From Clostridia bacterium (lineage in GTDB: Bacteria > Bacillota > Clostridia > UBA1381), in assembly GCA_045637525.1 (NCBI GenBank), contig JAZTZP010000150.1, forward strand, positions 64,151 to 128,150: a stretch of 64,000 bases of DNA, in the 5' to 3' direction. The notes under the pieces were generated by a model that saw only the letters and a program-made list of their open reading frames with translations, ran no database searches and was not told the DNA's origin. Both the position numbers and the translations under genes were made by a program. Position 1 is the stretch's first letter; the number at the start of each line of letters is the position of its first letter. Positions 40,410 through 50,108 of the stretch are shown in pieces.

Positions 40410-41399
40410 ATGAAGATAAGTAGTAGGCTGAATTATATAGATGTAATGAAAGGACTCGGAATTCTGCTGGTTATTTTGGGACATTGTATTAGCTCAACGG
40501 ATAATTTTGTTAATAAATTTATATTGTCGTTTCATATGCCATTGTTTTTTTTCGCATCAGGATATTTGTATAGCAGGAAAAGTAATGACCGTGAATATTT
40601 TTCAGGTAAGGTAAAAGGGTTAATAGTGCCTGTTTTGTTATATCAAATAATAAATATAATTACCAAACTTGTATTTTCACAGATTTCAGAACGATTATCT
40701 GATTTAATAATGTTGCGTGGTTTTTGGTTTATCTTTGCATTGTTTTATATAAGTATAATGTATTATGTAATAGAAGGAATGCTTAAATTAAAAATCAAAG
40801 ATGAAAATTCTTATAAAATTGATTTCTTTATGGGATGTATATCTATATTTTTTGTGATTATAGGCTGTATTTATGGGAAAATTTTTGTTAATACTACCTC
40901 GTATGTAAATCAAGCATGTGTTGGGTACATATTTTTTTGGATTGGGCACTTGATACGTAACAGAATAGAATTGAAATGTCAAAAGTTTATTAACAATAGA
41001 TGGATATTGTTAATAAGTGGCTTTGTACTTTTCGCAGTTACTGGCATAGTATCGCAATTTAATTCATCGGTGCTGATGTATTTGAACTCATATGGAAATG
41101 TAGTTTTCTTTATAATATGTTCTATGTTAGGTGTGTTTGCATTGTTTTTTGTATCACGAGCAATAGCAGACAACGCTGTTTTGGAGTTTTTCGGAAAGAA
41201 TTCTCTTGTCATATTGGTAACGCATTTTTGTGTTTATCGTTTATTTGGTTTCTGTGTTAGACATATTCTGCGTGGGGGTGCTGAATGGATACACATTATT
41301 ATTGTATTTTTATTAACTGCTGTAGCAGAATGGGTAATTGTTGTTGTTGTGAATAAGTTTTTCCCTTTTTTTGCTGGTAAATTTAATTATGAAAATTAA
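40410..41399 (+). CDS. acyltransferase-3 family membrane O-acyltransferase
   Basis: RLNYIDVMKGLGILLVILGHC...FHMPLFFFASGY and about 10 TM helices. ATG 40410 lies 7 nt after GAAGGGAG. Confidence 0.8.
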   Translation: MKISSRLNYIDVMKGLGILLVILGHCISSTDNFVNKFILSFHMPLFFFASGYLYSRKSNDREYFSGKVKGLIVPVLLYQIINIITKLVFSQISERLSDLIMLRGFWFIFALFYISIMYYVIEGMLKLKIKDENSYKIDFFMGCISIFFVIIGCIYGKIFVNTTSYVNQACVGYIFFWIGHLIRNRIELKCQKFINNRWILLISGFVLFAVTGIVSQFNSSVLMYLNSYGNVVFFIICSMLGVFALFFVSRAIADNAVLEFFGKNSLVILVTHFCVYRLFGFCVRHILRGGAEWIHIIIVFLLTAVAEWVIVVVVNKFFPFFAGKFNYEN

Positions 41400-41419
41400 A
41401 ATGAGAGGATGGGATTCAG

Positions 41420-42595
41420 ATGAAAATAGCAGTTGCAGGAACCGGATATGTTGGGCTTTCTAATGCTATATTGCTTGCACAGAGCAATGAGGTGTGGGCG
41501 GTTGATATTATTCCGGAGAAGGTTGATATGATAAACAGTGGTAAGTCTCCGATTGTGGACGCTGAGATTGAAGATTATCTTGCAAATAAGTCGCTTAATC
41601 TTACAGCAACTATTGATGGAAAAGAGGCATATGACGGGGCGGAGTTTATTATAATTTCTACGCCGACTAATTATGATCCAAAGAAGAATTATTTTGATAC
41701 TTCATCCGTTGAGGCTGTTATTGAGCAGGTTATTAAAACTAATGATAGTGCAATAATGGTTATAAAATCAACAGTTCCGGTCGGATATACCGAGAGTGTG
41801 CGTGAAAAATATAATTGTGACAGAATAATGTTTTCGCCTGAATTTTTGCGGGAGGGACGAGCTTTATATGATAATCTCTATCCGTCAAGAATTATTGTCG
41901 GAAGTGATGAAAATCTGAAGGGCAAGGCAGAGCAGTTTGCGGAATTACTTGCTGAAGGTGCGATAGAAGAGGATATTCCAAAGCTTATAATGGCACCAAC
42001 AGAAGCAGAAGCTGTAAAGCTTTTTGCGAATACATATTTGGCACTTCGAGTATCATATTTTAATGAGCTTGATACATATGCAGAGCTTCGCGGACTTGAT
42101 ACAAAGTCTATAATTGAAGGTGTTGGTCTTGACCCAAGAATAGGAAATCATTATAACAATCCTTCATTCGGTTATGGCGGTTATTGTTTGCCAAAGGATA
42201 CAAAACAGCTTCTTGCAAACTATAATGATGTTCCGAATAATATTATTGCAGCAATAGTAGACGCTAATCGCACCCGTAAAGACTTTATAGCAGAACGGAT
42301 TTTAGAGCGTGATCCTAAAACTGTCGGGATTTATCGTCTAACCATGAAATCCGGCTCGGATAATTTCCGCCAGAGTTCAATTCAGGGTGTTATGAAGAGA
42401 ATTAAGGCTAAAGGTATTGAAGTTGTTATATATGAGCCAACGCTTAAGGAGGACACATTCTTTAATTCTGCTGTGATTCGTGATATAAATGAATTTAAAG
42501 AAAAATCAGATGTTATAATCGCAAACAGATATAATTCTGATCTTGAAGATGTTTTAGAAAAAGTTTATACAAGAGACTTATATTTCAGAGATTAA
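41420..42595 (+). CDS. ugd: UDP-glucose 6-dehydrogenase
   Basis: [38 protein letters not shown] and the catalytic Cys in [13 protein letters not shown]. Confidence 0.9.
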   Translation: MKIAVAGTGYVGLSNAILLAQSNEVWAVDIIPEKVDMINSGKSPIVDAEIEDYLANKSLNLTATIDGKEAYDGAEFIIISTPTNYDPKKNYFDTSSVEAVIEQVIKTNDSAIMVIKSTVPVGYTESVREKYNCDRIMFSPEFLREGRALYDNLYPSRIIVGSDENLKGKAEQFAELLAEGAIEEDIPKLIMAPTEAEAVKLFANTYLALRVSYFNELDTYAELRGLDTKSIIEGVGLDPRIGNHYNNPSFGYGGYCLPKDTKQLLANYNDVPNNIIAAIVDANRTRKDFIAERILERDPKTVGIYRLTMKSGSDNFRQSSIQGVMKRIKAKGIEVVIYEPTLKEDTFFNSAVIRDINEFKEKSDVIIANRYNSDLEDVLEKVYTRDLYFRD

Positions 42596-42602
42596 TTAAC
42601 TG

Positions 42603-42645
42603 CCCCTGATATTCATTCGCGAGTATCGGGGGTGATTTGTTTACA
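42603..42645 (+). terminator. possible terminator at the end of the glycan locus
   Basis: 9-bp stem cccctgata/tatcggggg (one G-U pair) with a 12-nt loop. The following T-tract is weak (tgatttgttt). Confidence 0.4.
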
Positions 42646-42671
42646 AAATTTTTAAATCTTTTTTGTGAATG

Positions 42672-42700
42672 TTGACAACTTAGGTGAAATATGATATTAT
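42672..42700 (+). promoter_or_regulatory. sigma-A promoter of dxs
   Basis: TTGACA 42672-42677, 17-nt spacer, TGaTATTAT (42695-42700). Confidence 0.6.
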
Positions 42701-42741
42701 ATTCTAAAATACATTTCCTAAAATGCAAAGGAAGAAGATAA

Positions 42742-44601
42742 ATGTTTGGGATACTTGATAAAATTAATAAAAATAGCGATTTAAAAGAATTATCAGATGA
42801 AGACTTGAAATCTTTATGTGCTGATATACGTGAATTTCTTATTTCAAATGTGTCTGTTACAGGCGGACACTTAGCTTCAAATCTTGGTGTTGTTGAGCTG
42901 ACGGTAGCGCTTCATAAGGTTTTTGATCCTGAAAATGATAAAATTGTTTGGGATGTTGGGCATCAGGCGTATGTTCACAAGATATTAACAGGAAGAAAAG
43001 AGCGTTTTTCTACGCTGCGTAAGTTTAATGGACTCAGCGGATTTCCGAAGCGTTCTGAAAGTAAAGCAGATGTATTTAATACAGGTCATAGCTCTACTTC
43101 AATATCAGCGGCTCTCGGAATGGCACGTGCAAGAGATCTGAATGGCGATAAGCATTCGGTTGTTGCGGTTTTTGGAGACGGCTCGCTTACGGGCGGTATG
43201 ATGTATGAGGCGATGAATGATGCCGGAAGGACGAAAACGCCCTTAATTTTAATTTTAAATGACAATGAGATGTCGATTTCAAAAAATATTGGCTCAGTAT
43301 CGCGACATTTACGTAATCTGAGAATTAAATCCGGATATTACAAGTCAAAAAAGCTTATAGGTAAGATTTTAAATAAAATTCCGTTGTTGGGCGGAAAAAT
43401 GACGATATTTGCAAAGGCTGTAAAGCGTATAGTGCGTTATACAGTTATACCGCCGACTATGTTTGATGATTTTGGATTTGATTATATGGGCCCGGTGGAC
43501 GGTCATGATCTGAAGGCTATGGTTTCTGCATTGATTGAGGCAAAAAAACAAGGCTCACCTGTTGTTTTACATGTTAAAACAAAAAAAGGAAAGGGTTATT
43601 CTTTTGCTGAGAATCATCCTGAATTATATCATGGTGTTGGTACATTTGATTTAAAAAAAGGTGTTGCTGAGAGTAGTGCGGAGGATTATTCACACAGCTT
43701 TGGAAAAGCTTTGATGGATATAGCGGCTGAGAATGATAAGGTTGTTGCAATTACCGGAGCTATGCCGGAAAGTACGGGTCTGGCTGATTTTGCTGTAAGC
43801 TATCCTAAACGCTTTTTTGATGTCGGTATTGCCGAAGAACACGCAATATCGCTTGGCGCCGGCTTTGCTGTGTCGGGATATATACCTGTGATACCTATTT
43901 ATTCATCTTTTTTACAGCGTGCATATGATCAGATTTTGCATGATATTTGCCTTCAGAAGCTTCATGTTGTAATTATTGCAGATCGTGCCGGTCTTGTCGG
44001 TGCTGATGGTGAGACACATCAGGGAGCGTATGACATATCATTTTTGTCGCATATGCCCGGAATGATGATATTATCGCCGTCAAATTTCAGACAGCTGCGT
44101 GAAATGCTTGAGTATGCCGTAAATATACATGACGGTCCTGTGTGTATCAGATACCCGAGAGGCAAAACTCAGCATACAGGTGATTTTGAATTTGAACCCG
44201 GAAAAGGATATGTTCATACCGATGGGGATGATGCTTTGATTATTGCTTCAGGTCGTATGGTTAAAAGAGCTTATGAAGTATATGAACTTATTAAGGAAAG
44301 AAATATCAATATTCGGATAATTGAACTTCCGACTGTTATGCCTCTTGATGAAGAACTGATTATAAAATCCGCTCTTAATACCAATATGGTATTATGTCTT
44401 GAGGATAATGTTTTCTTTGGTGGAATGAGCGAGCATATAGGCTCTTTGTTGATGAGCAGTAACGTTGATTGTATATTTAAAGCATTCACATTGCCAAAAG
44501 AGCCTGTTCCGCATGGCAGTATTTCTGAGTTGGATCGTTATTGCGGATTGGATGCTGAAAATATTGCAGAGTATATAATCAGCACTCGTACAGAGCGTTA
44601 A
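42742..44601 (+). CDS. dxs: 1-deoxy-D-xylulose-5-phosphate synthase
   Basis: GGHLASNLGVVELTVALH, DVGHQAYVHKILTGR, the ThDP motif GDGSLTGGMMYEAMN...ILNDN and IAEEHA. Confidence 0.95.
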   Translation: MFGILDKINKNSDLKELSDEDLKSLCADIREFLISNVSVTGGHLASNLGVVELTVALHKVFDPENDKIVWDVGHQAYVHKILTGRKERFSTLRKFNGLSGFPKRSESKADVFNTGHSSTSISAALGMARARDLNGDKHSVVAVFGDGSLTGGMMYEAMNDAGRTKTPLILILNDNEMSISKNIGSVSRHLRNLRIKSGYYKSKKLIGKILNKIPLLGGKMTIFAKAVKRIVRYTVIPPTMFDDFGFDYMGPVDGHDLKAMVSALIEAKKQGSPVVLHVKTKKGKGYSFAENHPELYHGVGTFDLKKGVAESSAEDYSHSFGKALMDIAAENDKVVAITGAMPESTGLADFAVSYPKRFFDVGIAEEHAISLGAGFAVSGYIPVIPIYSSFLQRAYDQILHDICLQKLHVVIIADRAGLVGADGETHQGAYDISFLSHMPGMMILSPSNFRQLREMLEYAVNIHDGPVCIRYPRGKTQHTGDFEFEPGKGYVHTDGDDALIIASGRMVKRAYEVYELIKERNINIRIIELPTVMPLDEELIIKSALNTNMVLCLEDNVFFGGMSEHIGSLLMSSNVDCIFKAFTLPKEPVPHGSISELDRYCGLDAENIAEYIISTRTER

Positions 44602-44620
44602 CAGGAAAGGAATAGGATTT

Positions 44621-45427
44621 ATGAGCAAGACAAGGTTAGACGTTTATCTGGTTGAAAAAGGATTGGTTCAGAGCCGCGAGCGAGCAAAGGCAATAATAAT
44701 GGCAGGACAAGTTTATATAGATAATCAGAAAAGTGATAAAGCCGGCGATATGGTAAGCGACGGGCAGAATGTTGAAGTAAGAGGCGATACTTTAAAATAT
44801 GTAAGCCGAGGCGGGCTGAAGCTTGAAAAGGCAATGAAAGAGTTCCCGATTAGTTTAGATGGTTGCATAACTATGGACATTGGTGCATCAACAGGTGGCT
44901 TTACAGATTGTATGCTTGAAAACGGTGCAGTTAAGGTGTATGCAGTTGATGTCGGCTATGGACAGCTTGCGTGGAAATTAAGAAACGATAGTCGCGTTAT
45001 TAACATGGAAAGAACAAATATCAGGTATGTCACGGAAAATGACATTCCGGACAAAATTGATTTTGCTTCCATTGATGTTTCGTTTATATCATTAAAGCTT
45101 GTATTGCCGGTAGCTTATGAATTGCTTCGGAACGATGGAGAAATAGTGGCGCTTATTAAACCGCAGTTTGAAGCCGGTCGTGGCCAGGTGGGAAAAAAAG
45201 GCGTGGTAAGAGACATCGGCATTCATTATGAAGTAGTGAAAAATACCATATGTGCAGCAAAAGATATAGGTTTTAACGTGCTTGGATTATCATTTTCACC
45301 GATAAAAGGCCCCGAGGGCAATATAGAATATCTTATGTATTTAAAAAAATGTGACGGAGAATCGGATGTTGATGATGATAAAATACATGAAATAGTGGAT
45401 TTATCTCACGAGGCGTTGGAAAATTAA
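44621..45427 (+). CDS. tlyA: TlyA-family rRNA 2'-O-methyltransferase
   Basis: RLDVYLVEKGLVQSRERAKAIIMAG (S4 domain), YVSRGGLKLEKA and DIGASTGGFTDCML. Confidence 0.9.
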   Translation: MSKTRLDVYLVEKGLVQSRERAKAIIMAGQVYIDNQKSDKAGDMVSDGQNVEVRGDTLKYVSRGGLKLEKAMKEFPISLDGCITMDIGASTGGFTDCMLENGAVKVYAVDVGYGQLAWKLRNDSRVINMERTNIRYVTENDIPDKIDFASIDVSFISLKLVLPVAYELLRNDGEIVALIKPQFEAGRGQVGKKGVVRDIGIHYEVVKNTICAAKDIGFNVLGLSFSPIKGPEGNIEYLMYLKKCDGESDVDDDKIHEIVDLSHEALEN

Positions 45428-45440
45428 GCTTGGAGGAACT

Positions 45441-46325
45441 ATGAGACTTTCAGATGATATTGTAATTACAGGAAACCGTGCGATTTGCCGTTCGTACGCA
45501 AAAATCAATTTAACACTTGATGTACTTGGGAAACGCGAGGACGGATATCATGATGTTGAGATGATAATGCAGACGGTAAATTTATCGGATTTACTTATTC
45601 TGGATTTAACTAAAGATGATATTATTATCCGGTCAAACTGTGAATATTTGCCCACGAATGAAAAGAATATCGCGTATAAGGCTGCACAGCTGTTCTTTAA
45701 TGAAACAGGTATAAAGAGCGGAATTAAAATTAAGATTAACAAAAATATACCGGTTGCGGCAGGATTGGCAGGCGGAAGCGGTAATGCAGGCGCTGTTTTG
45801 TTGGCACTTAATAAGCTGTTCGGGAATCCGTTAGAAGATGACAGGCTGTTACAACTCGGCTTACAGCTTGGGGCAGATGTTCCGTTTTGTATGGAGGGCG
45901 GAACTTGTCGCTGTGGCGGAATCGGCGAAAAGCTTACGAGAATATCCGGAATGAAACCGTTTAATGTTTTATTGGTAAAGCCGCCCGTCAGCGTTTCTAC
46001 TGCGGCTATTTATTCACAGATAGACGATGAAGTTATTGATTTGCATCCTGATAATGATTCTATGACTAAAGCCATAGAATGTAGCGATTTAGCCGCAATT
46101 TCAAAGGGATTATGCAACGTTATGGAGCCTGTTACTCAGAAATTGTGCCCTCTTGTCAAGGGGATTAAAGAAAAAATGCTTCTAAATGGAGCGTCCGGTG
46201 CATTAATGAGCGGAAGCGGACCGACGGTATTCGGATTGTTTGAGGATTATAAGTCGGCGAAAGCCTCGGCTGATAGTTTTGCTTTCCAGTTCAAAGATGT
46301 GTATTTATGTAATATTTTAGTTTAG
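45441..46325 (+). CDS. ispE: 4-diphosphocytidyl-2-C-methyl-D-erythritol kinase
   Basis: AKINLTLDVLGKREDGYHDVEMIMQTV and the GHMP motif IPVAAGLAGGSGNAGAVL. Confidence 0.9.
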   Translation: MRLSDDIVITGNRAICRSYAKINLTLDVLGKREDGYHDVEMIMQTVNLSDLLILDLTKDDIIIRSNCEYLPTNEKNIAYKAAQLFFNETGIKSGIKIKINKNIPVAAGLAGGSGNAGAVLLALNKLFGNPLEDDRLLQLGLQLGADVPFCMEGGTCRCGGIGEKLTRISGMKPFNVLLVKPPVSVSTAAIYSQIDDEVIDLHPDNDSMTKAIECSDLAAISKGLCNVMEPVTQKLCPLVKGIKEKMLLNGASGALMSGSGPTVFGLFEDYKSAKASADSFAFQFKDVYLCNILV

Positions 46326-46340
46326 GAGTGAGTTTAAGAT

Positions 46341-46991
46341 ATGAGAGAGACTGTTATAAGAGAGGTTTGCGAAAAAAAATTAATAGTTATTGTTCGTGGT
46401 TTGGATGAAGAAAAGCTGATTCCTTTTGCTGAGGCGGTATATAACGGAGGTATTCGGTTTATCGAAGTTACTTACAGCGCTGACGGTAAAATAACTGACG
46501 AAGAGACTGCCGGACAGATTAATAAAATAAAAAAGCATTTCAACGGCGATATGTTTGTCGGTGCCGGTACTGTCATTAAAGCTTCACAGGTTGAGCAGAC
46601 TATGAATGCCGGAGGTCAATTCATAATTTCACCTGACACGTATGATGATGTAATAAAGAAAACTATCGGTTGCGGCCTCGTTTCGATGCCCGGAGCAATG
46701 ACACCGAGCGAAATTCAGCAGGCACACAGAGCCGGAGCAGATTTTGTAAAAGTATTTCCGACTGTGAGTCTTGGAGCAGATTATATAAAGGCGATAACTG
46801 CACCGCTGTCGCATATCAGGCTTTTGGCTGTCGGCGGTGTGGATCTTACAAATATAAAGGAATATTTAAAAGCCGGTGCTATGGGATTTGGAATAGGATC
46901 AAATATCGTTAATAAAAAGCTCATAGCCCAAAATAATTTTTCTGAAATAACTGAGCTTGCGAAACGATATGTTGATGCGGTAAATAACTGA
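46341..46991 (+). CDS. KDPG/KDPGal aldolase (Eda/DgoA family)
   Basis: LIVIVRG, IEVTY, GAGTV, FIISPD, a Schiff-base Lys context ADFVKVFP and AVGGV. Confidence 0.85.
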   Translation: MRETVIREVCEKKLIVIVRGLDEEKLIPFAEAVYNGGIRFIEVTYSADGKITDEETAGQINKIKKHFNGDMFVGAGTVIKASQVEQTMNAGGQFIISPDTYDDVIKKTIGCGLVSMPGAMTPSEIQQAHRAGADFVKVFPTVSLGADYIKAITAPLSHIRLLAVGGVDLTNIKEYLKAGAMGFGIGSNIVNKKLIAQNNFSEITELAKRYVDAVNN

Positions 46992-47008
46992 GATTGGAAT
47001 GAGTCATA

Positions 47009-47962
47009 ATGAAAAACTATATAACCATCGACGGCGGAACTACAAATACGCGGATTTGCCTGGTTTCTGACAGAGTAATAATTGACAGCGTAAAACTCAG
47101 TATTGGTGCCCGTGCCGGGATTGATAATGGGGATTTACTTAAAGCAAAAATAAAAGACGGCATTGCCGGGCTTTTAAATCAAAATAATTTTTCGGAGCAA
47201 GACATAATAAAAATACTTGCTTCAGGTATGATAACCTCGGAATTTGGTTTGTATAATCTTCCGCATATAAAGACGCCTGCCGGAATTGATGAATTAAACA
47301 GTTCAATGTTTGAAATCAAGTTGGATGAAATTTCCGGGATACCGTTTGTTTTTATAAGAGGTGTAAAAAGCGGAGACGACAACGAAGATTTCCTTTGGGA
47401 AAACGATATGATGAGAGGTGAAGAAACCGAGCTTGCAGGTATTATGACACTTGAAAATATATCAAGTGATTGCCTGTTTGTTCTTCCCGGCTCTCACTCA
47501 AAACTGATTGAGACGGATAAAACCGGAAGAATAACGGCTTTTTCCACAATGCTTACAGGCGAGATGATAGCGGCACTTTCTCAAAATACAATTTTGAAGG
47601 ATGCTGTTGATTTAAACGTGGAAAATGCCGATGAGAAATATCTTTTAAAAGGATTCGGATATTGTTCGGAGTATGGTATTAACGATGCTTTGTTTAAAGT
47701 AAGAGTATTAAAAAACAGATTCGGATGTGGGGATGAAAATATCTATTCATTTTTCTTAGGTGCTGTTTTATGCAGTGAAATCAAACGAATTATCAGTTCA
47801 GAAACAGGTACTGTTGCCATAGGCGGAAAACGACAGATTAAAGAAGCAACAGCGTGTATTTTGAAAAAAGTATCTGATAAGAAAGTTATACTGATATCAG
47901 ATAAAACTGTTGAGTATTCGACAAGTATAGGTATGATTCATATATATGAGTATGATAAATAA
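47009..47962 (+). CDS. dgoK: 2-dehydro-3-deoxygalactonokinase (DgoK family)
   Basis: ITIDGGTTNTRI, MRGEETE and LPGSHSK match DgoK family signatures as I recall them. Confidence 0.7.
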   Translation: MKNYITIDGGTTNTRICLVSDRVIIDSVKLSIGARAGIDNGDLLKAKIKDGIAGLLNQNNFSEQDIIKILASGMITSEFGLYNLPHIKTPAGIDELNSSMFEIKLDEISGIPFVFIRGVKSGDDNEDFLWENDMMRGEETELAGIMTLENISSDCLFVLPGSHSKLIETDKTGRITAFSTMLTGEMIAALSQNTILKDAVDLNVENADEKYLLKGFGYCSEYGINDALFKVRVLKNRFGCGDENIYSFFLGAVLCSEIKRIISSETGTVAIGGKRQIKEATACILKKVSDKKVILISDKTVEYSTSIGMIHIYEYDK

Positions 47963-47978
47963 AAAAATTCCTGAAATT

Positions 47979-49205
47979 TCACGAATTTTTTTTATTAAAT
48001 TCTTTTCTGATTTTTCCGGCAAGGTAGAGTGAACCCATTACACATGCTGTACTGTCGTATCTCGCCGCATTAACTGCTTCAACAGGATCTGAAACCGGTA
48101 CAGCTTCGACTCCGAGTTTTTTGAATTTGTTTGCCAATTCGCTTGCTTTTTGACAACGTGGCATATCAATCTGGGTTGTTATAACTTTTTTAAAGTGTTT
48201 TGAAATGAGTAAGAGACACTCATCAATTGCTTTATCCTCCATCATTGCTATTACAGGGCAGATTTTCTTGTTCATACCTGCCAATGCGGTACAGAGCTTT
48301 TGTATTGCATCGGGATTATGAGCGCCGTCTAAAATAACATCATCGCTCAAAAATTCAAGTCTTGCAGGCCAGAATGTGTGTTCTATTCCTGATTTAATTA
48401 TTTTTGAATTAATTGTAAATCCCGAATTGTTTAAAAGTTCTGCGGCTTTAATTACCACAGCGGCATTGCATAGCTGATAATCGCCGGAAAGTGACGGACG
48501 TATGTATTCATAGCCTGTTATGGTGCCGGTTAAATAGTCCGGCAGGGGAGGTATATAAAATTCAGTTTTTTTCTTTTTACATACGTCGGTTATTATATCA
48601 ATAACCGTCTGCGAATTTTCCGGATATATTACAACTTTTCCGGATTCTTTTATAATTCCTGCTTTTTCGTATGCAATTTCTTCTATTGTGTCACCGAGAT
48701 ACTGTGTATGGTCAAGACTAACAGAGGTTATGATGCTGATAAGGCTTTCGGAAATAACATTTGTTGCATCAAGCCGTCCGCCCATTCCGGTTTCGAGTAT
48801 TACAATATCACAATTATTATGCTTAAACATAAGAAATGCAATTGCAGTATCGAGTGCAAATTCCGAAACAGGACAATCAAATTTTTCGATACAGCTGCGA
48901 ACGGTTGTTGCAATTTCGGCAAGCTCGGTATCGCTTATATCAATATTATTTATCTTAATTCGTTCATTAAATCTTTCTATATACGGAGATGTAAATAGCC
49001 CGGTTTTATATCCTGCTTCTGTCAGAATCTCAGAAAGCATGGCGGCGGTAGAGCCTTTGCCGTTTGTGCCGGCGATGTGTATAAATTTAAGCTCATTTTG
49101 AGGGTTGCCCAAATGTTGTAAAAGCTTCGATAACAATTCATTGCCGAGAATCCGGCTGAATTTCGGTGTGTTATGTATATAAGCAAGTGTTTCTTCGTAA
49201 TTCAT
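47979..49205 (-). CDS. folC: folylpolyglutamate synthase / dihydrofolate synthase
   Basis: IHIAGTNGKGST (P-loop), LFTSPY, ILETGMGGRLDATN and LDGAHNPD. Confidence 0.9.
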   Translation of the reverse strand: MNYEETLAYIHNTPKFSRILGNELLSKLLQHLGNPQNELKFIHIAGTNGKGSTAAMLSEILTEAGYKTGLFTSPYIERFNERIKINNIDISDTELAEIATTVRSCIEKFDCPVSEFALDTAIAFLMFKHNNCDIVILETGMGGRLDATNVISESLISIITSVSLDHTQYLGDTIEEIAYEKAGIIKESGKVVIYPENSQTVIDIITDVCKKKKTEFYIPPLPDYLTGTITGYEYIRPSLSGDYQLCNAAVVIKAAELLNNSGFTINSKIIKSGIEHTFWPARLEFLSDDVILDGAHNPDAIQKLCTALAGMNKKICPVIAMMEDKAIDECLLLISKHFKKVITTQIDMPRCQKASELANKFKKLGVEAVPVSDPVEAVNAARYDSTACVMGSLYLAGKIRKEFNKKNS

Positions 49206-49300
49206 TTTTCATTCCTTTTTTTAATTTTTTTAATCGTATCAACTATCACAAGTGCCATAAATATTATAAGGCATATTGCTATAAGATTATCTCGAGTCAT
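49202..49300 (-). CDS. candidate 32-aa membrane peptide translationally coupled to folC (MTRDNLIAICLIIFMALVIVDTIKKIKKRNEK)
   Basis: Minus-strand ATG 49300-49298 lies 8 nt after AAGGAG. One TM helix and a Lys-rich tail. The stop TGA (49204-49202) overlaps the folC ATG (49205-49203) as ATGA. Confidence 0.4.
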   Translation of the reverse strand: MTRDNLIAICLIIFMALVIVDTIKKIKKRNEK

Positions 49301-49325
49301 TGTTTTAGCTCCTTTTTATATATTC

Positions 49326-49358
49326 AGCGAATGCGAAATAAAAAATTTCGCATTCGCT
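49326..49358 (-). terminator. 14-bp perfect hairpin downstream of the SleB-like gene (atypical terminator or processing site)
   Basis: agcgaatgcgaaat-aaaaa-atttcgcattcgct is a perfect palindrome. No U-tract follows it on the minus strand (gaatatataaaaagg). Confidence 0.4.
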
Positions 49359-49367
49359 TTAAAATAC

Positions 49368-50027
49368 TTATTTGCAGAAAACATGTTTTCCGATTGTGGT
49401 TATAATAGGTCGGCTTCGTATCCAGGAGTTTGTTGCTGTTACAGGATTATAATAATAAATTGCTCCGCCTGTCGGATCCCAGCCGTTTAAAGCATCCTGG
49501 GCAGCTTTAAAGCACGACTCCTCAATTGGTTTATCAGCCTGTCCGTCTGTTATGGCGGTAAAAGCACCGTTCTGATAAATAACACCGGCGATTGTGTTAG
49601 GAAAAGAAGAGTGACGGACTCTGTTAAGCACAACGGCACCTACCGCAACCTGACCTTTATATGATTCTCCTCGTGCTTCGCCGTTAATTATCATTGCAAG
49701 CAACTTTTTATTATTTGATGATGACGAGGATGTGGAGGTTGATGTACCGGTTGGAAGCCCGATTTTACCTAAAGTTGCAGGCCCTGCAATTCCATCAGGC
49801 GTAAGCCCGTGTGCCGACTGGAACTTTTTTACGGCTGAGACTGTGTATGTGCCGTAAATTCCGTCTATCCATCCTGTATAATATCCCCAGGATTTAAGAC
49901 GAGTCTGAATATTTGTTACTTCAGTACCTCTTGATCCGTATTTTGACAGAGCTGATGCAGTAGTAGTGCATATGAATATAAAAATCAAAATACTCAGTGT
50001 AAGTATGGTCTTAATAAGTTTTTTCAT
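49368..50027 (-). CDS. SleB-like cell wall hydrolase with peptidoglycan-binding domain
   Basis: Signal peptide, then a PG_binding_1 repeat (GSRGTEVTNIQTRLKSWGYYTGWIDGIYGTYTVSAVKKFQSAHGLTPDGIAG), a Ser/Thr linker and the hydrolase_2 core LLAMIINGEARGESYKGQVAVGAVVLNRV. Confidence 0.8.
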   Translation of the reverse strand: MKKLIKTILTLSILIFIFICTTTASALSKYGSRGTEVTNIQTRLKSWGYYTGWIDGIYGTYTVSAVKKFQSAHGLTPDGIAGPATLGKIGLPTGTSTSTSSSSSNNKKLLAMIINGEARGESYKGQVAVGAVVLNRVRHSSFPNTIAGVIYQNGAFTAITDGQADKPIEESCFKAAQDALNGWDPTGGAIYYYNPVTATNSWIRSRPIITTIGKHVFCK

Positions 50028-50108
50028 ACAACTTACCGTCCTTTCATAAAACTATATCCATACATAATTTTTCCTTGTTTTTTGATTTTTATACCTTTTT
50101 ATGTAAAA

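Noticed and set aside
49166-49490. Plus-strand ORFs (79 and 105 aa) across the folC/SleB intergenic region
   Set aside because: They run antisense through the folC start, the small coupled ORF and the 3' end of the SleB-like gene. They are AT-rich low-complexity sequence without an SD.
50028-50108. c-di-AMP (ydaO-type) riboswitch upstream of the SleB-like cell-wall hydrolase
   Set aside because: The upstream intergenic region is only 81 nt and AT-rich, too short for that element, and lacks any evident pseudo-twofold structure.
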